From the NCBI GenBank assembly GCA_002104905.1, contig MCFE01000182.1:1-64000 (forward strand): 64,000 bases of DNA, read 5' to 3'. The translations under genes and the position numbers were made by a program. The notes under the pieces were generated by a model that made no database searches, was not told where the DNA came from, and saw only the letters and a program-made list of their open reading frames with translations. Every line of letters begins with the position of its first letter. Positions within the stretch are counted from its first letter, which is position 1. Shown in pieces: positions 33,172 to 46,000 of this stretch. The stretch comes from Basidiobolus meristosporus CBS 931.73 (Eukaryota > Fungi > Basidiobolomycota).

Positions 33172-34627
33172 TGTTGTAAGAGTCTTGGGGATATTGGAAG
33201 TGACTGGGAGAACAACTAAATTATATGGCTTTCACTTAATGATACATTGAATGTAAAGTAGTATTTATACTTTTGCATGATCTTGGCATATTAGGCATGT
33301 ATTATAGGCTTAACAAGTTCCCAAGCATATGTGTGCAAGGTTTGGGGCTGTTTGGACAACAATGAGAATATTCATGTTCTGGGTACCTGATATTCTGGTG
33401 AGAATAGTCCAAGTATATCCTGACAAGGATTTGGTCACTATTCCCTAAGATTAGTAAGTAATGAGCCTAGTGATTAAGTTAGGTGAGTATTTTGGTGGAA
33501 TTACAAATACTTACAACACTCCCACTCTACTAAATGTTCATACTGACTAGTCCTAATTTGAACCCAAGATATTCAGACTTGTCTCTAGCTAATGGCCTGG
33601 TAAATATGTCTGCAATCATTTTTTCTGTAAGAGAGTAAATCAAGTTAACTAAATTATGCTCTATAGCTTCATGTATGAAACAATGTCTAATATTTATGTG
33701 CTTAGTTCTAGCATGAATAGATGGATTTCTACCCAATTGTATGCATCCTTGATTATTTTGAAAAAAGTAATAGGTGTTTAGCAACATAGGCCTAAATCTG
33801 TAAAATGCTTTCTTAACCACATTGCTTCTTTGGTAGCTTCACAGGTTGCCATCTACCCTACCTCTGTGGTGCAAAGTGCTACAGTTGGTAGCTTTCTTGA
33901 ATTCAATGAAATTGCCCCTTTACAATGGAAAAAGGTATATCCTGTGGTGGATCTTCTGTCTTCTAAATTCTGTCCCTAATCAGCATCAGAGTGTCCTACA
34001 CAATCTTGTTCTGAGTCATTATAGGTGTACCTTAAGCAGATATCAGTAATTCCTTCTAGGTATATAAGAGTCCACTTAACTGCTGCAATATGATCTGATC
34101 AATAGTTCTTATTATGCTGGCTGACAACTCTCACTGAATATGAGATATCTGGATGTGTTCCAAGCATAGTATACATCATACTGGCAACCAACAGTTGATA
34201 AGGAAAGTCAGGGCTTTCAGATGGCACCAAGCTCTCTTGATTTGGCTAAGTTTTGACCAAGCTAAGGTTTGTCTCCATTTGGGCAGCTGCTGGTTTACAG
34301 TCTTCCATTTGATACTTCTTTAGTATTTCTTGTATATACTTGGATTAGCTTAGGGTGATAGTCTGGGTACTTCTGTCTATGCAGAACTTTATCCCTAAGT
34401 GGTAACTGAGTTCTCCTAGATTAGATATCTTGAGTTCTTCAGATAGGCTGGATTTAGTCTCTTCCAATGTTTCTAGGTCATTGGCACCTATAGTAAGATC
34501 ATGGACATATAGAGCCAATAAAACTGGATTTGCTCCATCTGGCTTATATTATATTCTACAGTCAGCATTACTCCTCTTGAAACTCAAAGATTCCAAATGA
34601 GAATCTATCTTGCAATACCAGGCTCTT
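33172..34627 (-). mobile_element. Truncated Copia family A element: RT/RNase H end, PPT and 3' LTR
   Basis: LTR 33172-33518, PPT complement CTCCCACTC at 33519, RNase H ending LGLVSMNI* as in the 46109-47386 ORF, degenerate RT back to AWYCKIDS at about 34627. Confidence 0.88.
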
Positions 34628-35308
34628 AATTATCAAGATGATCCCATCAAAGGCCGTCACAAAGTTAAAGTCCCATGACTAAGAGGTACTGATCCTGTCA
34701 GGACACTGTCCAGAGACTGTTGAAAAATAATTGCTACCCAGATTTCACAAAAAATTTAGTCAAAATTTTTCATCACAACAATCTATAAGTGGCTTTTGAC
34801 TGGTTCCCTGCTAATTTGCTTACTTTGTGATCCCAGACACTCTATTGCCTCCTACATTTGTGTGCATTGATGGGCTATTGCCTCTTTTTCACACTCCTTA
34901 CTTCCTGACTCAACTGTTTCTCTTACTTTTCATGCGTACAAATTGACTTATTTCCATTGAAACTTCAGTTGTACCTCAATTGCCAATTGTATTGACCTAT
35001 GCAAGTACCTATACCCTACACTAACATTATGCCCAACCCCACACTCAACAAGTAACTCCATCAAGATCCACCACTCAATATGTATTTCTGCTGTAACACT
35101 CTTGTTCCACAACTTTGGCAGGAACCCAATAGCTTTATGCCACTGCTCATTCATTGGTTCCCACATGTCCTGGCCTTCAGCCTGCACTGCAAGGTCTAGC
35201 ACCTCATCTGCCAGTCTTTGCAATAAATCCTTGCAATATTCCAGTGCGTTTTCTTGAGCACTGCTCTTGAAGAAGTGCTGCAACCTCTTGGTGTGCCTAT
35301 TAATGTTC

Positions 35309-35372
35309 CAAAATTTCACTGAAGGCATTGTGATAGTCTTCAAAATTTCACTGAAGGCATTGTGATAGTCTT
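35309..35372. repeat. Perfect 32-bp tandem duplication
   Basis: CAAAATTTCACTGAAGGCATTGTGATAGTCTT x2; it shifts the frame of the host ORF. Confidence 0.95.
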
Positions 35373-36135
35373 TCAAGCTCTTAACATTGTAGCCTTGTCT
35401 GTCAGTGGGATCTCCACTCTGTTAACAATAGAGGATGTGGAGGCTGTGGTGGACAAGTTGCCTTTTTCAGCAAACTCATCTACCTTGCTGGAGTGCAGCT
35501 CAACTGGCTGCACTTCCAACTCTTGTGAAAGCAGCTGCCTTCTTGTTGGTAATTCTTCTTGGCTATTATGGGATTCAGTCTGTTCCTGGCTTGCAGCATT
35601 AATTGGCTAGAACTACAGTTTTTTTTGCATGCCTCCCAGTCTCAGGCTTGGGTAGACATTTCTCCCTTTACCTTTTCCTTTATCACTGCCAGGTCTTTCA
35701 CTACCACTTTGTCTGAGAGCTTCTTGTAAAGAACTATGTTTTCTCCAGGATAAATTCTGCTCTGATGCATCTGCTTAGGCCTGCTTGTCCCTTGCTGGCA
35801 CTTTTCTGGCAACCTGATGTTTCTTTCCCACTTGTCTTGAGCTCTCAACCAAAGTTGTGATGGGTGCCTGTAAAAGCAGCTGGTTTTTATCATTGCCAGG
35901 TCCTTCACTGCTACTTTGACTGGGTGCTTTTTGAGTGGTACAGCACTTTTTCCTTGATAAATAGACTTGTTCTGTTAGATAGTGCCACATAGTACCAGCC
36001 TGTTTATAGTGCTGGATTGATCTGGCACTATCTGGCACTATAATTTCTACCATCATGCCAGTGGTAGGTTAAAGTTACTGGTAATTTTACTCAATTTTAC
36101 TTATGTTGCTCAGAGTAGTGCTTTCCTTGCTTTAT

Positions 36136-37017
36136 TTACTCTTCATAATGCTCCAGACACATTTCTCTCAGTGGATGTCTTCTTGTATGAATATACTGTG
36201 CATTGATAAGTATCTTAACTATTTTACCTATTCTGCTATTCTCTCCTATATATGACTTTCCTCTGTATTTACCTACCATTATGCTGAATCTCTTTGGATA
36301 TCCAAATGTATGCTCTACCCTCCCTCTGAAATGATTAAATATCTCATTGTGGAGCTTCTACTTCCTGCTACGCACACCATTCCTTGGCTTCCTATAAGCT
36401 GTAATACATCCTAATCTCTGACAATCCTCTCCTATATAGGCTAAGTCTGCCATACATTTCTCCCCTCTACTGAATTCTGGATGATTCTCTACCCAGAGTG
36501 CTTTGTCATGCCTACTTCCAACATATGGCCCACTTATCCAGATGTTACCCTCAATGTCAGAGAGTGCTTGAAACTTCACACAGTGTGCCTTGTACTTGAC
36601 AGAATAAAAGTGCCTCTGCCCTCTAGACGGTATGTTAATCCTGATTGGGAAGGTATCCAAAATACTCCTTATATGGAACCTGTTGCTGAACACTCTGGGA
36701 TATGGAAGTCTATTGGAGCTTCTAAACCTATTACTCCAAGCTTGCTCTAAATGATTCATACCCTCTGCAAGGTGGTTCTCCATTGCTGTCAGCTAAGAAT
36801 GAAAGCCTCTAGGACTTTTGTTGCCATAGATGGTGGGATGAAACCTTGTAGGGCAATAGTTCTTGTAATAGCAGAGAAGCTTAACAAGGGATCTCCTTGA
36901 GCAGACTGGGGTAGATGGACCACAGTACTTGGTATAGATCTTCTCTAGTGTGTCAAAAGAAAATCCAGTGGTAGTGATAGGATTGATGAGAAAAGACCAT
37001 TTAGCTGAGTAAGTCAT
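36136..37017 (-). pseudogene. DDE_Tnp_4 (Harbinger/PHIS-type) transposase, frameshifted, copy A
   Basis: KFQALSDIEGNIWISGPYVGSRHDKALW, MADLAYIG, then R-VEH-FG-LKRF-type C-terminus; frameshifts present. Confidence 0.85.
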
Positions 37018-37276
37018 ATTAAAATTGGGAAGGATTGCGCTGAGATGATTTGATTCAATTTGGCACCATCAGCTTTATTTATCTGATTTTCCATCCATTT
37101 TGATCAAATCTCCATCAATTGCCATGTATCCCATCATTATGTTGCAAAAATCATCCTCATACAATGACTGGGTATTTTTATTGATGTTTTACTCACAAGT
37201 CTATAATCAAATAGGAAATCTGCAATTGATGTGATCTGATCCATGTTAATGCAATCCAAGATGCATTATGCATCAT

Positions 37277-38009
37277 AGACTTGTTCTGTTGGATGGTGCC
37301 ACATTGAGCCATGAGTGCCAAATGATGCCATAGTGTGCCAGGGAGGCCAAATGAGTCTATACTTGGCCACAAAGTGTGAAACATAGCTATGCTTCTTCAT
37401 GCCAAGCTACCCCTGTGTTTCACCCATTGTGTTGAAGAAAATCCATTTTTTGACCTTTTTTTTAGGTCAATGTTGTGCAGGATGTGTGAGAGCACAGAAG
37501 AACTGAAGAAATGTATCAGGTACTCAATACCCATGGCACTCTGAATCTAGCTCCTGTGGCTTGGAACATGTCACAAAAATGCATGGCACTATCTTGGTCC
37601 ACTGGTACTGTCTGGCACTATAAGTGCTTTGTATAGATCTGACTTTAGGGCTAATAATTAAATATTGTGTCAGACAGCACCAGTGGACCAAGATAGTGCC
37701 ATGCATTTTTGTGACATGTTTCAAGCCACAGGAGCTAGATTCCAAGTGCCATGGGTATTGTGTACCTGATGCATGTCTTCAGCTCTTCTGTGCTCTTACA
37801 CATCCTGCACAACATTGGTCCTCAAAAAAATGTCACAAAATGGATTTTCTCCTGCATCATGGATGAAACACTGGGGCTGCTTTGCATGAAGATGCAGAGA
37901 TATGTTTTACACTCTGTGGCCAAGTATAGGCTCACCTGGCCTCTCTGGCACACTATGGCATCATTTGGCACTCATGGCTCAATGTGGCACTATCCAATGG
38001 AACAAGTCT
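37277..38009. mobile_element. Foldback MITE of the same Pangu-like family
   Basis: Inverted arms 37277-37618 and 37667-38009 with a 48-bp spacer, same AGACTTGTTC termini, flanks CAT/AAT. Copy B has the empty site near 53340. Confidence 0.9.
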
Positions 38010-38203
38010 AATATTTGGAAAATTCAACAATCACATTAGTTTTCATATATATCTCATGTAAGACCAGGTTGATGCCAATACACCACTGTATAAGTATCCA
38101 AATCCATCACTATGGTCCCTATACCAAGTCTCAACTCATCTTTAGCTTAACCCAGACAAAACCCATCCCCCAGCTCACAAGCGCAGTCTGGACCAAAAAG
38201 GCA

Positions 38204-39358
38204 ATGTCAGATCTGTTTGAGTTCTTGCCAAATGATTTCAGTATGGCCCAAGTGTCTATGAAGAGCCTTCATACAGATATTTGGGCACTACTCATTAATC
38301 TAGCAGAACTTGATACCTCAGAGAGTCAACAGAGATGGAAGAACCAAAGTAGAAAGCTGTGGCATGAGTTCTACATCAAGATGCCAGCAGATATATGTAA
38401 GAAAATATATCACAAGACAAGTGTTGAAAGCAAGAATGAGCTGAGAGTGAGGGGATTTGATAAGAAAGTTGCGCAGGAACAATTTTGCACATAATTTGCA
38501 CAATACAGGCTGGATGCGTCTGTGTGTGCCTTGACTTTGGGAACCAAAGAGATTTTGAATGAGTTTTTGCCTCAAATGACTAATTTATTACATGATATAT
38601 TAGAAGAGCTAAGTGGCTTCCAAGAGCAATATATACAGGACTCATCCAGGCAACAGTTGCAAAGTATTAGACAGAGGGTAAGTGAATACCTTGAGGAATC
38701 AGAAGGTGAGCTTCAAGAGGAGGAATACAGACTGCAAGCAACATTGTCTAGATTGCACCAGCATGCCTTGCTGGATTCCTTACCATCCCTTGCAGCTTCA
38801 GAGCGCAAGCACACATCAGTCCAAGCTATGCCAACACCCTTCACAAGAGTGCCCTGCATTGACTCAATGCGTATTGGGTCAACGCATGCACTTCAGAGCA
38901 AAACCACCAGAACCTGCCAAACTGCTCAAAAAGGCACAAGTCCATTGGAGCGGGCCAAGTTGCATCAACAAGCGGCATCACATTGAACTCAGCCAAGGGC
39001 CATGCCAGTGCATCAAGTTGTGTCTGCGCATGCCATTACACCTGACCATCAGCAAGTTTCTTCTGGTGAACTGACAGATGATGACCCATATGAAGTGCCT
39101 CCACCACCAGAGCCTTTGGCAAGTAAAAGAGCACATCAGTACGTAGCACTGCAGGCTGACTCAGTTGCATCATCTGGAGCAATTCAGCATGGCCAAGCTG
39201 CAGCATTGCACTCATCAACTAGGAGGCAAAATACTGACTACAAATACACAAGTAGCCAAGAAGATAGCAAACAAGAATGTAGTTTAGGTGTGCAAAGTGA
39301 ATCACTACCAAATGCTTTAGTAGTATCCCTGTGAGAGAAAAGCCTAGGAGAAGATGAT
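38204..39358 (+). pseudogene. ORF2 of Pangu-like transposon copy A, unknown function
   Basis: One frame across ORFs 38015-38494, 38522-38986 and 39002-39334, broken by stops. Helical N-half, low-complexity C-half. Homologous to 51993-53147. Confidence 0.7.
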
Positions 39359-41675
39359 GCAATTGCATTGAATTGCTATTGTTTGTAATGATCCAAGCAA
39401 CACATTTTTTTTGCAATCCTCATTGAGCCATTGCTAATCAGTGATCACTGAATTTTTGATATAAGCAATATTAAGGTTGTCTCACATTTGAGACAGGACC
39501 CCTATAAATAAACACCCTGCATATATATACATCATCTGTGGCACCAGTGCAGCCCTTTGATCTGATTTGCACCCATACAATTGGTTGCATGCTAGCTATG
39601 ACACCTTGTCCAATCACTAGGATCAGGGATTTACTTGCTTAATGGTCAAAATGGGATATTTAATAGCAAATCAGGAAGCTTGTGCTTTGGTCAAAGAGCC
39701 AATTGGGAGCCGAAAGCTTCAGGATACTTTTGGACCAATTAACCACTGAGATACCATCCAATTGGAGTGACGGTAACCAAAGTGGTAAGTATCACTGTAG
39801 TTTATAGTGTGATACACATTTATTTCCATTTACATTAAAAAGAAACATATCCAAATACTGGATTTTACCTACCGGAATAGCGGTATCCAATTGCGCACAT
39901 GTTGCAAACATTACAAGTGGGTGCAATCATTTGTGCCAACTTCTTTGTGTCAGATTGTGCCATAGTGTGCAAGATTGTCCCATATGGAGCAAAATTGTTC
40001 AAGAGCAATCCTGCCTACTGGTACCTACAATATTGCACCCAATTGTTCTTAGAGACCACAAATTGCGCCGCACACCCCAGCATGGTACAATGGAACAAGT
40101 CTAATGTGGTGCTGGTGCATCCATGTCTGCCTGCTTGTCCCTAATTGGCACTCTTCCAGCTACCCAACATCTCTTTGATGCTGGTCTGGAGCTTTCAGCC
40201 CTGCTTGTAGCAGGCTCTTGAGGAAGTCACTTGTTGTTAGCCATGGCACCCTTGTCCTTCTGCCTTTGAAAGTTTCTGCTATTCTTAAGATACTTTCTTA
40301 TTTTACCAATGCTGGCCCAAAATCTGTTTGCCTGTTTGAATCCAGGATAATGCTCATGGAACAAGTCAAGTGCATTCTGCTTGGCCTTGAGTTCCTGATG
40401 GTCCCATGGTATGCCAGCCTTAAGGTGATGGTATGCTAGACTTCTAACAGCTTCTGGTATATTAGCCCACTCTTCATTATTGCACTCCACAGCTTCATGG
40501 ATCTTCCATGTCTGTTGATTTTTAGGCTTTGGTATATACACCATATTGTCTCCCTCCCACACTGTGATAGGTTTTTCTGTGGGCTTTATCTTTGGGCAGT
40601 GTTGTTGTACTTCAAAGACTGTACAGTGTTCCACTGCTGTCACATTAGGAAATGGCTCAATTCTTGGCTGTCACATTGAGCTACTTAAGTTCCTTCTTTG
40701 CAGCAAAGATACTGCTTTCTCTATCTGGGATATTGATTGCTCTACATGTATTGTCTACTCATCCTGTTTCTGGACTATCTCCTGATTTCTCTGGCTCATT
40801 GCATCTATCCTATCAGCCACTGCACCTAATTGCTTAATTAATGCTTTGGTATGGGCTGACAAAATACTTGCAAATATGGGTGGTGGCAATAGTATCATGA
40901 CTACTTGCTGGTCTTCAACTGAGGGTTCTGTGTTTGCTACATTCTCATCTGCCTGAGCATAATGTTCAGCTTGTGGCTATGCAGAGGTTCTCAATTGCCT
41001 ACTTGACTGAGAGCATGAGGAGTCCGCATTATTACCTTCAATGGGCGCACTGTCCACAAGGCCTTTTTTGGATGTAGCCCCACTTGTTGCACTGAATGTC
41101 AAACCAAGCTGTTGTCCAACCATTCTTTTGTTGCCATCAGCAGTGGGGTTTGGTTGGGAACCAGATGACTTTGCTTTATTTCTTGGCTGCATATATGGAA
41201 GTGAGTCAAACCAAAGGGGAAATAGTGTTACATATATATGCATATGTGGTGCCATAACTTTATTTATAATGCTTACTATGGCAGGTCATCATTGAATCTT
41301 ACATTCATGTGTGTGCAATGTCTCAAGTACAAGACTCTCTTAGGTTCACATGAGTATTGACTAAAAAGTGAAATAATAGCATTACGTTGTTGAAGGTCAA
41401 ACTGTTTGCCCCATGGACAAGACTACTTTAACTCAACGCCATAAGAGAAGAGAAAAAGACCATGTAGCTATTGTGGCAAGCCTCTCAGCCATGAAGCACA
41501 CAGACAGCATAGGAAGTATTACAAGGATCACAGCCAGTTTTATGCCACTCAAGTCATATTTGACCATTCATTGGTCACTACTGTACCAACATTATCTTGC
41601 TGGCCAGTTGATACTTCTGTATTGGTACATGGCTGTCTTTGTCACCTTGTGCAAACTGAGTCAGGTGAGTTTATT

Positions 41676-42868
41676 ATGCCTTTAGGCTCACCTCAGCCTT
41701 CTGAATATGGCACACAGAGTGATAGCTCTGACAAAGAAGGTTCACTAATGGAACTTGAGCCTATATCCCCTAACAACAGTACTACATATGAGCCTGGTCA
41801 AATCCCTATATGCAATGAGACAACAACTGTTGAAACAAATGCCAAGGATTCTTTATGGAGCCAAGTGAGCCCAGTAATCCATCTACTGATGAATGATGTA
41901 ATATTGTGGCTAGAGAAGTGGTGTGTTTCCACTAATATCAGTAATGGGGGCTTTGAGGATTTACTACTCTTCTTGCCAAAATCATACTGGGATGCAACTT
42001 ACCATGTATATGGTACAGGTGGACAACTATAATGTGGCTGGCAACATATGATCCAGAGCCTGTCCTGATTCCAGCATATTTTAACAGTTGCATGGCATTC
42101 ACATCTAAAAATGCTACCATTGTAACATGTCCAAATTGTCAGGAATTCACCATCATTGAGGGAAAACATTGCTCACACTACGGACATATTCCAGTCATAC
42201 CCTGTCTGAGGAAGCTGATACAGTCCAACAAATATTGCAAAGCTATACAGTACTGCACTCAATATCAATCAAGCACAAACATATTCCATATATTTGATGG
42301 CAAACATTACAAACAGCCAAGATGCAAGGGCTACTTGAAGGTATGTATGACCATGCCTTTGCTTTAGCACTTGATGGATTCTCATTAAACAAGTACTCTA
42401 CCAGCAAATCCTGCTGGCCACTGACTCTCATCCATCTGAATTTGCCACCTATCTAACAGTATCAGAGCATTAATCCAATGGTAGTCTCACTGGTATCTGG
42501 GCCTAAATCACCATTTGACCTGGATGGCTACCTGTATCCATGGCTGGATGAACTTTGCATGCTTTCCAGCGGAATAACACTAAATGGCCATCATGTAAGA
42601 GTGCAAATTATTATCTGCATTGGAGATACCCCAGCCATCAGCAAGATAGCAGGTTTTTCCAGGCACAATGGACGGTATTGCTTCAAATGTGTGAAATCCT
42701 GGGGATTTACTCCATAACTCACACACATTGTTATTACCCAAGCACCAGCACTAAGAACATCATCTTTCCACAGACAGAACATGCATAAGTCAGCATGCAA
42801 TGACAGCAAAGTTGGCAAGCTCTAAGCCATTGGCCAGAATATGGAGTCAATTGGAAACTGGAGACACT
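41676..42868 (+). pseudogene. CACTA/EnSpm-type transposase (Transposase_21/tnp2), 5' part
   Basis: NSCMAF...CPNC, IFDGKHY, ALDGFSLNKYSTSKSCWPLTLIHLNLPP, LVSGPKSPFDLDGYLYPWLDELCML, IGDTPA..KIAGF..HNG.Y.C.KC. Confidence 0.85.
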
Positions 42869-43050
42869 AGACTTGATCCATTGTGCCATGCCAGGGCGTG
42901 CAGTGCACTATGTGGTCTCCAAGAACAGTTGGGTGCTATATTGTAGCTACTAGTAAGCAGGATTGCTCTTGGACAATTTTGCACCATGAGGGACAATCTT
43001 ACACACAATGGCACAATCTGACACAATGAGGTTGGAACAAATGATTGCTC

Positions 43051-46000
43051 TGAAGTGGGGTCACAGTGTCACCCACTGACAGATGTGCTCATTCCCATAT
43101 TTTCTACTTCCCTATTTCTCTACTACACTTATTTTAGTTTTATCCCATTTGTCTTGCCTGACCAGTGCTATCCCATAAGCCAGTTGACTATCACACTTGC
43201 TTACCTTATTGCATAAGTTATCCCCCACTTTATATATGATTACTAGCAGTAAGTGCTTCATATTGGGCAAATACCCATGCCAGTACCTGTGACACTTGAT
43301 CAGCCTGTGTCACCATCCCTGCTGTTTCCATACCATATATGGTATCCCTATGTTACACATGTTTCAGAGTACTGATTCCTGACTGGTTGATGTGCTCTGC
43401 CTCTTAGAACCTCCTGGCACCTACTTAGAACATTCTTAGGTCATTCTGATGTCATTAAGATTTCTATTGAGATCTGGAACCTTCTGGAACACCATGATTA
43501 GTAATCACTTAGTCAGTAAGAAAAGTTTATTAGGGAGGCTATCCCTCAACAATAAATCATCATCCCTTTTATCAGTATACCAACTTGTTGATTAGTGTGA
43601 TCACTGCTACCTGCTGCTACCTGAACTTCCAACCCCAGACCACAGGACACTCCCAGGAAACCATGCTGACAGCCAACTGACCTTGGAGGCACTACTTGTG
43701 AGGAATACTCAGAGTAGGTATCTTTTATTATATTTGATTCTTTCCCAAGTTTGTTCTTGTACAGGCAAAGATACTTTTCTATCTTTGTAACTATTGACCA
43801 CAGCTGTATTCTTATCAAGTCCCTGCTGGTGGAGTTTACAGTTGTTTTGACTTTGGAAGCTTTAGTACATTGTCATCTCAAAGGATACTGAACCTAGCAC
43901 ATACTTTTGTTAAGAAACCAACTAAGTTGGGTATTGTAGCTCAGTAGTTTTCCCTTGACAAGCTTGTGGCCTCATTCCCCATCACATTAGATTAGAGACA
44001 GAACTCAAGTATTCCTAGCAAGCTTTTGCCAGAGGTTATTGCACCCAGTGAACACCCCACATACTGTTGTAAAAATTTGTATTTCCACCTAAATATTCAC
44101 CTAACTTAGTCACTTAGATTGTCACCTTCAAATCCTAGAGAATACTGACCAAATTCCTTGTTAGGATTTACTTAGGAATATTTTCACCAAAATACCAGCT
44201 ACCCAGAACATGAAAATTCTCAAAGTTGTTCAAACAGCCCCAAACTTTGCACACATGTTCTTGGGACCTTCCTTAACCTATCCTACGTGTTTGTAATGCC
44301 AAGACCAGGTAAAAGTATAAATACTACTTTTACATTCAATATATCATTAGGTGAAAACCACAAAATCTACTTGTTCTCCCAATCACTTCCAATATCTCCA
44401 AGACTATTACAACAGGTTATCCAAGTAAACCTTAGAAACAGTGAAGGAAGCCATACACTGACCTTCAAAGAAGTACTTTATGTACCAGAAATAGCCATGA
44501 ACCTACTCTCTGTAAGCAGAAGGACTCAGTTTCAGTTTTGACAATTCTGGATGCAGGATCACTGATCAAAATGGTGTCCATATTGGTTTGGGTATCAGAG
44601 ATCAGAATCTATACAAGTTGACTTATATTCCATTATATCTGGAAGCCAATATAAGTAGCTTAAATGAAGAAACACCAATGCTTTGGCACAGGAGATTTGG
44701 ACACATCAATTTTGATTATTTACGTTAAATGATCAAAGATCAGCTAATTTCTGGAGTGAAATTGATCCCCCAGCTAATTTGGAGCATTGTGAAGCCTGCA
44801 TATATGGGAAACAAGCCAGACAGCCGTTTAAGAGCTCTGGTTTAATCAAAACTAAGAAAAAATTAGATCTAATTTACTCAGATCTGTGTGGACCTATGCA
44901 AAATTTATCCTTAGGCGGGATGAAGTATTTAATCACTTTTATTGATGATTATACAAGATACACATGGGTCTACTTCATGGAGAAAAAGGAAGAAGCTCTG
45001 TCTAAGCTCAGGGAGTTTAAAGCCATGGTTGAGAGAGAAACTGTTGAAAAAATCAAGAAAATACGCTCTGACAATGGTGGAGAATATACATCAAAACTCT
45101 TCATCCACTTCTGCAAAATTCACGGGATAAAGCAAGAGACTACTGTACCATACTCCCCACAGCAAAATGGAGTAGCAGAACAAGCTAACAGATCAATAAC
45201 TGATATGGCAAGATCTATGATCCATGATCAAAAATTATCCTATGATTTTTGGGCAGAATCAGTTGCCACTGCTGTATACCTTAAAAAGGAGTTATAACAG
45301 AATACTTTGTGATTCTACTCCATTTGAAGCATGGTATGGATACAGACCAAGTGCAGAACATCTAAGAATATTTGGGTGTACAGCATATGCCAAAAAACTG
45401 GCCGGAAATCAGTCAAAATTTGAGCCAAAAAGTTTAAAATGCATATTTTTGGGCTACTGCAATGAGAGTAAGGCATACAGACTCTACAATACTAAAGTAA
45501 AGAAGCTGAGCAAGTCCAGGGATGTGCTGTTTGATGAAAATTCAAAATTTTCACAAAAAATGGCATCAGATGATGACAAAAATTTAATCTCAAGTCCACC
45601 AATTGTCAGGATTGAATCAGAGCAAAACAATGAATATTTTTTCACTCCAGAGGACTCTACAACCATGCTTCAGCCAGAATCAGTGCCCAGGAATATCCCA
45701 GAAGTGATCATTCCAGTATCAAATGCCTGGAGATCTAATCAGACAAGAAATAACCCAAGTTACTGTATCAATGAGGGTACAAACTTAGCCTATGCCTATT
45801 CAGTCTATATTGATGAACCCCAGACTGTAAAAGAGGCCCAAAATAGCCCTCAGACAAAGTTTTGGAGATCTGCAATGACTGAGGAATATCAGGCCCTGAT
45901 GGAAAATCAAACTTAGGACTTAGTCAAATTACCAATCAACCAAAAATCAATTGGATGCAGATGGGTCTTCAAGGCAAAATACAAGGCTGATGGTACAATT

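Larger units (their letters stand above)
35963..40102. mobile_element. PHIS-superfamily (Pangu-like) DNA transposon, copy A
   Basis: TIRs AGACTTGTTC...GAACAAGTCT, flanks AAT/AAT, DDE_Tnp_4-type transposase on minus, divergent ORF2 on plus. Collinear with the inverted copy B. Confidence 0.85.
34948..41255 (-). pseudogene. Long stop-riddled transposon accessory ORF (probably of the CACTA-type element), split by transposon copy A
   Basis: Segments 40103-41255 and 34948-35962 read in one frame when the 35963-40102 insert is removed (..DMDAPAPH|LSRKK..). Contains WDHQELKAKQNALDLFHEHYPGFKQANRFWASIGKIRKYLKNSR and an internal repeat (RVPIRDKQA / KVPARDKQA). Divergent from the CACTA transposase; the link to CACTA is inferred from position. 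Confidence 0.55.
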
